Assembly: GCA_002269645.1 (NCBI GenBank)
Contig: NIVC01002385.1
Coordinates: 1 to 58,572, forward strand
Direction of reading: 5' to 3'
From: Macrostomum lignano
Taxonomy: Eukaryota
DNA length: 58,572 bases
Both the position numbers and the translations under genes were made by a program. The notes below the pieces were generated by a model that did not search any database, had not been told where the DNA came from, and saw nothing but the letters and a program-made list of their open reading frames with translations. Of the stretch, positions 1 through 13,724 are shown in pieces (within the stretch, counting starts at the first letter, position 1; every line of letters starts with the position of its first letter).

Positions 1-260
1 GTGAAACTGGACTCCATGGAAATCCTCTCCGTGAAACTGACATTCATCAAATCCCTCCGAGAAACAGAAATCCTCTCCGTGAAACTGGACTCCATGGAAA
101 TCCTCTCCGTGAAACTGACATTCATCAAATCCCCTCCGAGAAAGAAATCCTCTCCGTGAAACTGGACTCCATGGAAATCCTCTCCGTGAAACTGACATCA
201 TACAAATCGTCTCCGCGAACAGAAATTCTCCATTAAACTGGACTGAATCGAATTTTCTCC
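1..260. repeat. Degenerate ~78-bp tandem repeat, about 3 copies
   Basis: GTGAAACTGGACTCCATGGAAATCCTCTCC recurs at 1, 79 and 156. Confidence 0.8.
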
Positions 261-290
261 GTAAAAAAGAATCAACTCTCAGGATTTAGT

Positions 291-319
291 GGTTAGGTTA
301 GGGTTAGGGTTAGGGTTAG
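291..319 (+). repeat. Short interstitial (TTAGGG)n
   Basis: Three perfect TTAGGG copies at 298-315 with degenerate flanks. Confidence 0.7.
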
Positions 320-3027
320 AGCTACAACGCAGCAGCGTGTTGAACCAATTGAATTAATTGAATGCGCAACCGATTTCACAGTCAGTCAGTATCAGTCTCG
401 GTAAAAGTTAACAAAAAGATTGCGCAAACTAAATCAACTCGCAATACACAGCGACTGACCGCCTTCCAATACGGCAGTGGCAATTAAATAGTTGAACCCC
501 CTCCACCAACTTTTGGGGGGTGGTCGAACCCCCATTGAACTCCAAAATGAGTACACTGCGAAAGTTAAAAGTATGGAATCGTTTTTTAAATGCTGTGCTT
601 TTTGTTTTCACATTTAAAGCAAACAACTTATATCGCCCGAATCAGTATTGCAAGATCTTTCCAGTAATATAAGTCTCTCTTCTGAAAGTTTAAAAACTCG
701 AGGAACAGTTAGCGCTTGAAATTTCTGATTTAAAGCATTAAAGTATCGAGTGTACGTTCACAGCCTGCTAAAGAGGCTCGCAAGTTTATTCATTAAATTT
801 TACTGCCCAGGCAAATACACATGGCTGCCTATTGAATGCCGCGATAATAAAACCAATTAAATTCGACACAGTCCTAGCTTATCTCCTTACACTGTACAAC
901 TGCTATGACACTCAGCCCAAGCCCAACCCCTCCTATTCCGGGGGAATCGTTAAATTTAATTGAACCCCCCAACACGCGGGGGGTTATTTGCATTGAACGC
1001 GGAACACGCGCACCCACCCCTCAATACACAGCGGCCCGCGGGCGGAGGTTGGGGTGGCTATTTTTACAAACTGGCTGCAGCCCCAGGCAGAGTGGCCAAA
1101 GAAGGTTATTGAGGGTTAAAAAAACAGTTTTCTGCTTTTCTAGGGATCTTAAAATGTAAAAATGAAAGATTAAAATTGCTATAAACCCAATCCGGAAAAT
1201 TTGCAGTTTTCCCATATAAGTTTCAACGCTGACTTGCCAGTAGTCTAGGAGAAAAATTGCAACACACAAACAAACAACGCACCACTTTTAGTATTAATAA
1301 GAAGAGGAGAAGAAGGAAAGGAAGTTCACAGTAGGGGATTAGGTTAAAAGACCAAAAAAGAATGAGAAAAATAAGGAAAGTGATAAAAAGGAAAATTTAA
1401 TTAAATATTAGGAAATTCGAAGCATAAACAAAAGCTCAAGGTCTTTTTGACAATTTCAAGGCAACATGAATAGACTAAATCATTGTTAGAATGAAGGCTT
1501 ATTCAACACAATCAAATAAGATCAATTTTGTGTGACCATACGAGGTATGACTTTTACAGTGTACATAAATTTTTATTTCTTTGAACATTGGTTGTATGAT
1601 TTGCTGGCTTTTTTATAGCAAGTCAAATCAGCCATAATATTACTATCATAAGCCAAGGTTTTCAAAAGATATTTTGATAAATATCATAAAATTTTTATAA
1701 TTTCACTCTACAGTTTTGGACTAAGGACAAGGAAAATATTCAATTATATTTTTTAATCAAATTAAAATAAAAGAAGAGTCATGTCAAACATAAAAGCATT
1801 ACACCAGACATAGAATATATAACATAGAAGGCATTAAAGGCACAAAAGAGGGTATTGCTAAGAAGTCAAAGCTTTGAAAGGGAATTGCTAAGATATCAAG
1901 GCTCATAGGGCGAATTGCTAGCTAAGATATAAGGGCTTACAGGTGAGATTACTAAGATGTCAAGACTCATGGGGATTGCCGAGATGTCAAGGCTTAAGGG
2001 GAGAATTGCTAAGATATTCAAGGATGAGCTCAGAAGCTACATGTAATTTATTTAAAAAATATATGATGTAACTGCCCTTGTCGCCTGTCTGCTTCGGGGG
2101 GAGGCGAATGCATGACCTGATGGGGCAATGACCGTAGGCTGCCTATAACCGGGCAATGACCTGACGGACCTCCAGCACCAGACTGTCCCGCCCACATGAT
2201 TGATAGTTTTGGTAGCGCTTTCGTGACAAGAGGGCCAAGGACCCACATGGACCCCACCTGTAGCCAAGGTGCAATAGTTGGTCACTCGGACACAGCATGA
2301 CCGAGTGGCTGCCACCACTCTATGTGACCTGGCGCACCTGGATCTTACTACCAGACCTCTCGAGGCTAGAGCCCCGCCTGGGATGGTTACTAGGAGATTT
2401 AGGCTAACAGGGGAGACACATGCAGCCGAGTACAGGGACTCTGCTTGGGGCATGATCGGGAACTCTGGGCTCAATCTGGAGGATTTCTCAGCAGGGGATC
2501 CTTTGTGGCTGTGAGCGAGGCTGACTTGCGACTTTGATTACTAAGAGTAGTGTGAGATTAACATGTACTAGCTATAGTTTAGATTGCTCAGGGCGAAGGG
2601 ACGCGTCAGCATGGGGTTGCAACCTTTCTACTGCCATTCTGTGCCAAGACTCGCTAATGCCCTCTACTGCACACACACTCGGACCTGCAGCACGCACACA
2701 CAGGCGGGCTTTGCACGGGGAGAGGCCATTAGCTTACCCAAACTTCCTTATGCTTTGCCACCCAGGGAGAAGGCTTAGCAAGCCATGAATGAAATGATGG
2801 TGAAAGTGTGAATAATGAGGAGTTTAGTAATAGTTAACGATTAGGCCCTTAGGCAAAATAATCAGGCAATTAGGCAGCTTCACTATTGAATAAATACAGC
2901 AAAAGATACGGTATCACAATTGGCTCAGCTCTCTAATCAAGCAATGGAAATAAGCAAACCCCGGATAAGCAAAGGCAATTAGAGCACAAATTAGTAATAG
3001 GAACTTACCGGCGGCTGCACACACACA

Positions 3028-3030
<3 letters not shown>

Positions 3031-3112
<82 letters not shown>
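3031..3112. repeat. (AG)n microsatellite
   Basis: Perfect AG dinucleotide run. Confidence 0.97.
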
Positions 3113-3118
<6 letters not shown>

Positions 3119-5065
3119 TGACCATGGGCGGCTGCTGGCTGCAGACAGGCAGACTGTGAGGCGGTGATGCGCTGAAGCGATGAGGCGCTGATGTTGTTCA
3201 GGCGATGCTGAAGATGCTGGGCGGTAACAAACCGCAGGCCGGCAGATGAGCTCACTTGGGGAGCTGAGGTAACTTGGCGGTAACAGACCGCGGGCCGGCA
3301 GAGGTTTGTCCTATAGACGAATAGGTCAGATCAAGGTCTGACAGCGAGTCCAAAGAAGGACCAGAGGAGAGCCGAAGAGGTTAAACGATTCTCATGCCGA
3401 AAACCACTTCCTTATATAGCCTTCCCGCCCGCCGCTCCAAAGTTGTTTCCATGACTCCCTCTCTCTGATTGGCTGCCAGCAAAATGACGTCAGAATGAGT
3501 CATGATGAGAAGCATGAGAACGGCATAGCAACATGAGAAATGGGAAAATTGCACAATCCGGAGGTGGGGTGGGGGATAATTGGCACAGCGGGAGGTCGCT
3601 AGTGTTGCGCAAGCAAACATTGAGAACAATGGGGCTGGGGTCGAGAACAGAGGAAATGGAAATCGGGGATAATTGGGGAGAATCGATAACAATAGAAAAG
3701 TGAACATTGGAGAAAAGGTGCTAATTGGTTGCGAGAACAAACGAGAACAAAAAAGAGAAAATCGGAGAAAATTTGATAATTGTGTGCGAAGAGGAGAACA
3801 AAAGAATAAAAAACGAGACCAATAGAAGCAGAGGTGGGGTGGGTATCGCATGAGAAATTTGGGGAGGAGAACAATGGCATGAGAAAAGGTTGCGCAAGAG
3901 AGGGTGGTGAGTCATCGATGAGTCATCGAGGGGAAAGAGGGGTTGCAAGACTTGCGTCACCATTTGGGAGTTTTAGTAAGGGATGGGGTGATGGTGAGCG
4001 CACAAAGTACTGTCAGTAGGTACTAGAAGAGGGGGGACAGTGCAGGAAAACAGTGCAAAAAGAGACAAAAGATGGGAAGTGGGAAAAGTACATGATAGAT
4101 AGGGCACAACGCCTGGGAAATAGGGTAGCGGTTAGGTACAGAGAGGGATAGGGGCTCCGGAAAGGCATGCATGGTGGCATGGGAGACAGAGCCAAGGTAG
4201 CAGGGGGTGCAGCAGAGTGGGAGTCAGCAGGCCTGGTCAGAGACCTGGCCCAGTCTCTATGGCTTTGCTCCAGAAGTGCACGGAGATCAAAGGTACTTTT
4301 GAAAAATTTCCCTTGCCATATCTTGCGACCAGAGCATGGTTACATCTTATAGTCTATTTTTGTTGGCTTCCCAAAGGGAGATATTGATTGCTAGTTATAA
4401 TTTTAAGATTCTTAGGATTTTAAGACAAATAGTCAATTTGAAGCTATAAGACATAGAGTTTATATGCTTCTGCAACTTCTGTGCCTTATTATATTACATA
4501 ACATAGTGAGATGCATCCATATACTAAAAATGGTTTGTTGGTAGGTATGTAGGAAGATTAATATACTGTAGCCAAAGTTATTTTGTAACCAAACTATTGA
4601 ATAACTAATTAAAAATGATTCTTTTTACTAGAATATTATTAAAAATAGGATAATATTCTTATTTTTTATAAGGCACAATTTTTATAAATATATATTGTAA
4701 GCTAATCTGTCCAATAAAAAGGTAGCCAAAAAAGAAATTTTGCAAGACAAATCAACCAAGTATCAAATTTACTAATTTAAACCTATTCCTAGTTTTTATC
4801 TTTCTAAAGCTTTATTTTTTTATGATCTTAAGATATATTTTAAATTTTTTTATATCAGTAAAAAAATAAACAGAGCTCAGAAAATATTAAAATAAAAAAA
4901 TAACTATATTGAATATATAAAATATTATTATATTGAATATATAAAAGTTACAATTATTTATTGTTTTACTTAGGGTGTATTGCTAAAAAACAAAGTTACT
5001 CACTTTATTATTTTATTCTAATGTTTAAATGTTTGTAAAGTAAGCTTTTTGGACTTCTTAAATGC

Positions 5066-5656
5066 CCACACTCAGGAAGGTGTACATTATGGCGAAAAAT
5101 TCCGGCACACATCAACGAAAAATATGCGCGAAATGGCGCATACGGCGCATAACAAAGGCTTAGCAGAAGTTTTTAGTGCACATTGGCGCACAGCAAAACC
5201 TGATCAGAAAAATTTAGCTCACAATGAGTCACCTAAATATATAATCTGCATATGCAGTGCGTAAAATATGCTTTAAGATTACGTTTTTTCCAAGCATATC
5301 AATAAAAAAATTGTTTCTTGGTAAGTGAAATGAATAATAAAATTCAAAATGGGATTTTACCATAAAGATAAAGCAATTTCTTTTGACAATTTTCTACGTG
5401 AGCTAAAATAAAGCAAAAGTTTTGAGTTGAAAAAAGCCTATATAAGGTTCAAAAATTTAACCGTGTTTTTAGTTTTGTTTTAATTGGACTTTTACTGAGT
5501 TTTTGGTGCTACGGCGTATTAGTACTCTAGCGATGTATTTGTCAACGAATGTAGACCTCGGCGCACAAATTCATATTTTAGCTTCGCGCACAGCGCACAC
5601 TCTAAAAATACGCTGAAATATATTCCCGCGCACACGTGACACCTTCCTGAGTATGG
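5066..5656. mobile_element. MITE, 591 bp, 18-bp TIRs, 8-bp TSD (hAT- or P-like)
   Basis: Left end CCACACTCAGGAAGGTGT matches the reverse complement of the right end (CCATACTCAGGAAGGTGT) at 17/18. TTAAATGC is duplicated at 5058-5065 and 5657-5664. No transposase ORF. Confidence 0.85.
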
Positions 5657-8409
5657 TTAAATGCTAGCTAATAATCACTATCCTTTGGCCTTTGACACTG
5701 ACAATGAGAAAATAATTAAATAATAGATTTTTTATTAAGCTATAGGATAGCCTAAAATATTAGGCAACTTGCCATAGCTCTATTATAGTGTCTATTGTTA
5801 TAATTATAAAAAACAATTAATTTTAATGTCAATGTCAATGATAGATAAACATATATAGCCATCCAGTTTAAATGAACCATGTGCAGCTATAAATGAATTG
5901 CTAAATTAAATTACCTCATGCTGGTAAAGAATCGTAAACCAGAGCTAAGTCGCAACAAAGACATTTTATTTTCTTCTAGTACTTTATTACTTTATTCTTA
6001 GTAATCTGTTTATAAAATATAATGATCGTATCTTAGAAACTAGAAAAAGTGCAATTTTGTCTTGGGTTAACTTATGACTGATATATTGGCGTAGCTAATC
6101 GTTGTAGCTTATGGCAAAAAGGTAATTTTCTTCAAAGCAAAGTAGAACACGCAATACTATTTACTGCCACAATCTGGCAATGACCATGGGGCACCGAACA
6201 GATAACAGGCACAGCACAATGGTCCCCCAGCTTGAAAGGTGTCTAAGAAAGTTAACATTTTAAAAATATTAATGCAGTAAAATAAACTTTAAATTCTTAC
6301 AATCTGTAAAGTTAAAAACGTACCGTATATAAACTATTCTTATAAATTTAACTGTTTCTCTCTTGAAGCAAAAGCACTATTTATAGAGTCCTACTTGTGA
6401 TTGTTTACTTGCGCGCTAGTTTGATAAAAACAACTTTATTCTTTTTAAAATCATTTCTTGTTAACAATGCAATCAAGAAATCAAATAAAAGTCTGCTCTT
6501 CTACACGCCACTTACTCTGCATAAAAATAATAAGTTAAGACAAAATCTTATTAATATAAAATCTTAGAGAACAGCCCTTTAAGTTTTTTTGTCGGGCATT
6601 TATATATATTATTATTATTATATTTAGTTGATAAAATATCAATCACTGACGTCGAGCTCGAGGATAAAAGATTGGGAAACTGAAAAGGTTAGGGCCTAAA
6701 ATACTATTTTGCGTTGATTTTATGTATATTTAGTTTCCTGTCTTTCATAGTTGGACTATTTTTAAAATTGACACACTGTCACTATTTAAAATTTATATAA
6801 AACTTAGTAAAGTTTCTAGGGTATTGAGTATATAAAATTCCGAGTTTTGCCAGTCCCAGGATTCTTGGGATCGGGATATGCCGGACTTTGCCAATTCCAT
6901 GATCCTGGGAACTAATCTTTATTAGCGAAAATTTGGTTTACAAAGCCATCTAATCTGATCTAATCTAATCTGAAAAGGCTAAATGAAAGTATAACAAAAT
7001 ATGCCTAAACTATTTTGCAAACATGAAACTGACAGTGAACTCTGAAGTGGAGTGTGATGTAAGGGCTAGAATAATAGATTTGCTTTTTATGTGCTAGTAT
7101 CCACTCAGGAAAATCACACTGATTATAATATAGCCTGGGGAATTAATTACAGCTTATAGCAGAGCTATGGCATGATTATTAATATCAAGGTAGAAGAGGA
7201 TCAGACCTCTCTCACCCTAGATAGAGAATTGGTAGCTTAGATTTTTGTCTAATAACAATTTTCTATTGTTCTAACCCCAATTATAGCCAAGGAGTTTAAA
7301 AAAAGATAATTATTGCTTAAAGTAGTTCTATTAATCTAAAGGGTGCTAAAAATGAGGTCTTTTGCAAAGGGGGCTTTTGATCTGCATAAGATTGAGACCA
7401 TTGATTTTAGCTAGTTTTGAATCAATTAAAATAAAAGAAGAGTTCAAATTAATAATGATTTTAGTCTAATAATGAGAGATATTGGTAATAATGAGAGATT
7501 GGCTATAATTTCTTTATTGTCTGTGCTCATTGCACAGTTTTTAGAATAATATTTTTTTAGTTTGCTGGTATCATATTTAATATGGTACCATATATCATAC
7601 TATAAAAACCATACATTAGCATACATTAATTTATAACACATATATCATTATAACATTATATTTTATATCTTATAATCTGCTAATTATAGCTTTTGTTTTG
7701 TAGTCTTGCAGCCCTAGTTTCTACTCACTAGCCTGCAATCTGCATGCTTAAAAGATAAATAAATCAAAAAAGGAGAAGAGTGTTATTATTTTCACCTAAT
7801 AAGTACCTTAGCTGCAAATACTACTACTTGAAAATGAATTATTGAATTATTAAAAGACAGGATTGGGATCCCAATGGTCAATCCTAGGATTTCGAATCCT
7901 AAGATTTTGGCTTAATTCCAGGATCCTAGAATTGTATTCCCTAGTTTGTATAGGTAGCTTTATTATCTTTAGGTGCTTTTTAATTGTCATGAGTTACCTA
8001 TAACTAGCTATTTTTTTATTAAATTATTGTGAATTTCTAAAAATATATGATACCTATGCCTTTGGCAACATAGATTAGTAGCTTAATAAATGCAAAGAAG
8101 TTATTAGTTTGCTTATTGTATATTAGAAAAAATTATAGAGGAATATTAAGGTACATTTAAGTGTCTGAAACTTTTCTAGATGGCTTAGTTCTTGTAAGTT
8201 ATCCTATCAGAGATGTAACTTATATTTCCTTTACCAAGCTAATAATTAAACCCTTGAACAATTTCCATTTTTAATAGGATATTATCTATTTAGGAATACA
8301 TACATTAATGCTAAAAGCAAAATTCATATAAACTATTTCAGGATGTTATACTGCACCTTCAGAATCTTTAGAGCTGCCGATAGCTGATATTAACAAGCAG
8401 ATAGTTTCA

Positions 8410-11400
8410 ATGACATCTGTGTCAGAAGGCTCGCAGCAGGTCACTCAGCCAAAATTTGGCAAGAACTTGTTTAAAAGCCGCATCATCGGCTCTGGGGCGC
8501 AGGTGGAGGCCACCCAGGAAACTCCGCCAGCCTCCGGCCTGTCTCCGGAGGACTATGACTACAACCCCTTCTACATTGGCAATCAGGCCGCGGGCAGCGA
8601 GCAGCCGCCGCCTCAGCCGCCTTCGCCCATCGTCTGCGACGACTTCAACCCGTTCTACACACCGCCCGCGGCCAGTGGCCAGGCCAAGCCGGCCATTGAC
8701 AAGGCCAGTCGCCGGAGCATGATCAACGAGATGCTTGAGGAGATGCAGCGCCTGTCCGCATCACCGAGTGCGCCACCAACTTCTTCAGCTGGTTCGGCTG
8801 AGCTGACCACGGCGGGCGCGTCCTTTGGCTGCGGTGGCAGCGGCGGCGCTGGCGAGAGTCGCTCACACGAGCCCGACTTCGCCACCTTTTCTGTGAAGGT
8901 CGGCAACGACAGCGGCGGCGCCAGCAGCGTCAGCGGCGTCAGTGGCACCGCCTGCGGCAGCGACAAGCCAATGAACTACGGGATTGACTCGGTCTCCTCT
9001 GGTGGCGGCGTTGGCGGCACCGCCTGCGGCAGCGACGAGCCAATGAACTACGGGATTGGCTCGGTCTCCGTCGGCGGAGGCTGCAGCGTCGGTGGCGACT
9101 TTCAAGACAATGACGCCGGATTTGCGACCTTCTCTGTAAAGGCCGGTGACGACGCTGGCAGCAGGAACGTCGTCAGCGGCACCTCCTGTGACAGCGACGA
9201 GCCAATGTCGAAGGCGGTGTCAAGCGCGGCATGCGGCGGTGACGAACCCATCGGCAGCGGCGACGTCGGCGGGGGCGGGTTTGGCAGCCAAGCGAGCGAA
9301 GCTGCCATCCGGGTGGAGACGAAGCTTCTGAAGTTCCTGAATGACCCGATGGTGACCGAATTTCGCTTCGAGGGCCGGATGCAGCCAGCCGACCGTCGGG
9401 CAGTGCGGTGGTTCGCCAAGGAGCGCGGCCTGTTCTTCAAGGAGGTCGCCTTGCGGAGCCACGAGCGCGCCTACGTTGTCAGGAAGCCCTACGCCATGGC
9501 GAAGGAGCAGCAGGCCAGGTGAGTTGCCGCGCCTCTCCTGCCTTCTGTACCTGCCTGACCCATGAGCTGCTGTCTGATCCATCTGTGCTGCCTGATCCTT
9601 CTGCCCCTGCCTGATCCATCTGTGCTGCCTGATCCTTCTGCCCCTGCCTGATCCATCTGTGCTGCCTGACCCATCTGCCCCTGCCTGACCCATGACCCAT
9701 CTGTGCTGCCTGACCCATCTGCCTGACCCATCTGTGCTGCCTGACCCATCTGTGCTGCCTGACCCATCTGCCCCTGCCTGACCCATCTGTGCTGCCTGAC
9801 CCATCTGTGCTGCCTGACCCATCTGTGCTGCCTGACCCATCTGCCCCTGCCTGACCCATCTGTGCTGCCTGACCCATCTGTGCTGCCTGACCCATCTGTG
9901 CTGCCTGACCCATCTGTGCTGCCTGACCCATCTGTGCTGCCTGACCCATCTGCCCCTGCCTGACCCATCTGTGCTGCCTGACCCATCTGTGCTGCCTGAC
10001 CCATCTGTGCTGCCTGACCCATCTGTGCTGCCTGACCCATCTGTGCTGCCTGATCCTTCTGCCCCTGCCTGACCCATCTGTGCTGCCTGACCCATCTGTG
10101 CTGCCTGACCCATCTGTGCTGCCTGACCCATCTGTGCTGCCTGACCCATCTGTGCTGCCTGACCCATCTGTGCTGCCTGACCCATCTGCCCCTGCCTGAC
10201 CCATCTGTGCTGCCTGACCCATCTGTGCTGCCTGACCCATCTGTGCTGCCTGACCCATCTGTGCTGCCTGACCCATCTGTGCTGCCTGACCCATCTGTGC
10301 TGCCTGACCCATCTGTGCTGCCTGACCCATCTGTGCTGCCTGACCCATCTGTGCTGCCTGACCCATCTGTGCTGCCTGACCCATCTGCCCCTGCCTGACC
10401 CATCTGTGCTGCCTGACCCATCTGTGCTGCCTGACCCATCTGCTGCCTGACCCATCTGCCCCTGCCTGACCCATCTGCCCTGACCCATACCCATCTGCTG
10501 CCTGACCCATCTGTGCTGCCTGACCCATCTGTGCTGCCTGATCCATCTGCCCCTGCCTGACTCAATGCTAATCCTGCCTTTGTCTGCTCCTCGAAGGCAC
10601 CGGGAGGCGCAGCGTGCCGAAGCCGCCCGACTCATCCAGGAGGCCTCTGAGCAGTCGAAGAAGGCGGCCGAGCAGCCGAGCAGCGGCAGTGACTCGGCGA
10701 CCGGCAGAGGCGGCGTCAGCTGCAGCGGCTGCGCCTCCTTCGGCATAAAAGTCGGCGGCGATGGCGACTATGATGGCGGCGTGGGGAGTGGCGGCGCAAC
10801 CTCGGCGACCATTGCCTGCAGCGACGCCTGGCTGGAAACGGAGGAGGCGGACGGACCGCCTGGCCAGCGTGGCGGCAGTGCCTCGGCGGCGTCCCGACGC
10901 GACAACTGGAGCCAGACCATCCCGGAGGAGAACTTCCTCTGCTACCTGTGCCAGGAGGAGGTGCCTCTGGTCATCAAGGCGGTGAGGCGGCCGGAAGTTC
11001 GGATTCTGAATTCTGCTTAGTCGGAAGGCGGAAGCAGAATCACCCCACAGTCCAGCAGAATCGGCCCCACAGTCCAGCAGAATCTCCCCCACAGTCCAGC
11101 AGAATCTCCCCCACAGTCCAGCAGAATCTCCCCCACAGTCCAGCAGAATCTCCTCACAGTCCAGCAGAATCTCCCCCACAGTCCACAGTCCAGCAGAATC
11201 GCCCACAGTCCAGCAGAATCGCACAGTCCAGCAGAATCTCCTCACAGTCCAGCAGAATCTCCCCCACAGTCCAGCAGAATCGCCCCACAGTCCAGCAGAA
11301 TCTCCCCCACAGTCCAGCAGAATCTCCTCACAGTCCAGCAGAATCTCCCCCACAGTCCAGCAGAATCGCCCCACAGTCCAGCAGAATCGCCTCACAGTCC

Positions 11401-12359
11401 AGCAGAATCGCCCCCACAGTCCAGCAGAATCTCCTCACAGTCCAGCAGAATCTCCTTACAGTCCAGCAGAATCGTCTCACAGTCCAGCAGAATCGGCCCC
11501 ACAGTCCAGCAGAATCTCCCCCACAGTCCAGCAGAATCTCCCCCACAGTCCAGCAGAATCTCCCCCACAGTCCAGCAGAATCGCCTCACAGTCCAGCAGA
11601 ATCTCCTCACAGTCCAGCAGAATCTCCTCACAGTCCAGCAGAATCTCCCCCACAGTCCAGCAGAATCTCCTCACAGTCCAGCAGAATCTCCCCCACAGTC
11701 CAGCAGAATCTCCCCACAGTCCAGCAGAATCTCCTCACAGTCCAGCAGAGTTGCCCACCGCCCGCCCGCAGGTGCACATCGGCACTTGCCGGGCCAACCA
11801 GCGCCAGCAGCTACGGCAGGACCGGGCTGACGCGGACCGCGAGCTCGAGCAGCTCGCCCGCCGGCAGGCGGAGCTCCGCCGTCACAAGCGGCCCGGCGAC
11901 CGGCGGAAGGCGGCCATCCGGCAGGCCATCGAAGCCGACAAGGAGCGCCTGGCAGGCCGCCTCACCGAGATGGAGCAGCGCCACGCTCTGCTGCACCAGA
12001 GCGCCGGCCAGCAGCCGCAGAAGCAGCCGCAGCGCCTCGCCAAGGTGCGCCCGTTCGAGTCCGTGCACGCCAACGACATCCAGCGGCTGCTGGCCGAGGC
12101 CCGCCAGCTGGACAAGCTGTGCCGGGTGCAGGACTGCGGCGGCCGTCTCGGCGCCGACTGCGCGCCTTGCGTCGCCTGCGGCGGCCGCTTCTGTGAGCAG
12201 CACGCAGACGGCCCCGCCCACGGCTGCTCCAAGCGGGCCGGCGGAGGCCGCAGCGGCGGCGATCCCGAGGGCAGCAGCGTGCCGACCAAGTTCGAGAGGA
12301 ACAAGCTGAGGCAGGGCCTGCGGGACCGCCTGGCCATGATGGCCGAGAGGCGGAAGTGA
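8410..12359 (+). CDS. R3H + C2HC zinc finger + coiled coil + AN1-type zinc finger protein (IGHMBP2 C-terminus-like); exons 8410?-9518, 10597-10981, 11772-12359
   Basis: Phase-compatible GT-AG junctions (AG|gtgagt at 9518, aag|G at 10597, GCG|gtgagg at 10981, cag|GTG at 11772). R3H-like segment LLKFLNDP..FRF..RMQPADRRAVRWFAKERGLFF...RAYVVRKP. Splicing creates CYLCQEEVPLVIKA|VHIGTC. AN1-like CRVQDC..CAPCVACGGRFCEQHADGPAHGC. The 5' end is uncertain. Confidence 0.72.
9553..10560. repeat. Intronic 17/18-bp minisatellite (CTGCCTGACCCATCTGTG)n
   Basis: About 1 kb array; it explains the spurious minus-strand ORFs here. Boundaries approximate. Confidence 0.95.
11040..11748. repeat. Intronic 21/22-bp minisatellite (CACAGTCCAGCAGAATCTCCCC)n
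   Basis: Direct inspection; boundaries approximate. Confidence 0.95.
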
Positions 12360-12394
12360 CCGACACCTTGATCATTACTGTTCACGAGTGAACT

Positions 12395-12635
12395 CAGTGC
12401 TCTGCATCAGCTGTACTGCTAGCATCATGAGCTCATAGTGCTGGGCATCAGCCGTACTGCTAGCATCATGAGCTCATAGTGCTCTGCATCAGCCGTACTG
12501 CTAGCATCATGAGCTCATAGTGCTGGGCATCAGCTGTACTGCTAGCATCATGAGCTCATAGTGCTGGGCATCAGCTGTACTGCTAGCATCATGAGCTCAT
12601 AGTGCTCTGCATCAGAAGTACTGCTAGCAGCATGA
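12395..12635. repeat. 41-bp tandem repeat, about 5-6 copies
   Basis: GCTAGCATCATGAGCTCATAGTGCT(C/G)(T/G)GCATCAGC(C/T)GTACT units with no spacers. Confidence 0.9.
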
Positions 12636-13315
12636 GCAGGATGTTATTTTAATTAATCAGCGGCCAGACTTCCCCACCCAGTTTGTCACAGATCATCAAA
12701 ATGGATCACCAGCAGCAGAAACCGCGCAGTCATTCAGTCAGGCCATCCCAAACCCTCCTGCATCTGTGCGCCACCCCCGTGTTTGCTGTGCGGCTTCGCT
12801 TCAATAACTCGATATGAATTTGTGATATTCGAATTTGCCGACTCAAACTCGGTTTTTTGTCTTCCGTCATTCTTTTAGTGTTTTTCAGTAGCTCTGAACA
12901 TTCCAACAAACCAGTTGTGCTGGAACTTTGTGTTTCTGTTTAATTTTTATCTCATTGTTTCGAACCGAATCTCTGAGCTCACTTATCAATACTCATGGTG
13001 CTTCAGTGCTAATCTAACCCACAGCTGTGCTGCTTACTGTTTCATTAATGCCACATTTTATCCCATTTTCATCCAATGAAAGTACACTGCGAAATTTTAT
13101 TCACACGGTCTGAGCTCGTGTGACGATTTTGCTTCTCGTTTATCTTATAAAATTTGGGAATTTTTACTGAGGCAAATTTTAGAGTGGGGATATTTGTCCG
13201 ATCACATTCCTAACTTGCTACTCATAGCGACCGTAATTACCCATTCTGTCAGGTAACAGGTGTCTCAGTAGTCAGTCTCCTGCAGTGTACTTTTATCTAA
13301 ATATAATTGTTCAGG

Positions 13316-13711
13316 CAGGGGCGTAGCCAGGAATATTGATTGGGGGGCGTGAATTAGGGGGCGCCAGTTTCTTTTAGGGGGGGGGGCGTTTTTTATAGGG
13401 GGGGAGCAGTTTATTTATGGGGGGCGCCAGGAAAGCGGCAGCATTTTCAAAGGGGCGGCAAAGCGCAGTTCGGGGGGCGCCAACGCCAGAGTTGGTGATT
13501 GGGGGGGGGGGCGCCAACGCCAGAGTTGGTGATTGGGGGGGGGGCGCCAACGCCAGAGTTGGTGATTGGGGGGGGGCGCCAACGCCAGAGTTGGTGATTG
13601 GGGGGGGGGCGCCAACGCCAGAGTTGGTGATTGGGGGGAGGCGCCAACGCCAGAGTTGGTGATTGGGGGGGGGGCCGCGGCCCCCCTTGCCCCCCTCTGG
13701 CTACGCCCCTG
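13316..13711. mobile_element. hAT-type MITE, 396 bp, with internal ~32-bp tandem repeat
   Basis: Perfect 15-bp TIR CAGGGGCGTAGCCAG / CTGGCTACGCCCCTG. 8-bp TSD TGTTCAGG at 13308-13315 and 13712-13719. Confidence 0.92.
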
Positions 13712-13724
13712 TGTTCAGGTACAT

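Noticed and set aside
6816-7944. Possible old MITE with CTAGGG...CCCTAG ends
   Set aside because: The inverted match is short and degenerate and I found no TSD.
4300-8400. RIP-like hypermutation suggested by abundant TpA
   Set aside because: In a hand count of one 60-bp line (7561-7620), CpA+TpG was not depleted. CpG loss alone fits better, though proper indices were not computed.
9220-11674. Long minus-strand ORFs (WVRQHR, MGQAAQ, GSGSTD, FCWTV repeats)
   Set aside because: Stop-free frames of minisatellites lying within introns of the plus-strand gene.
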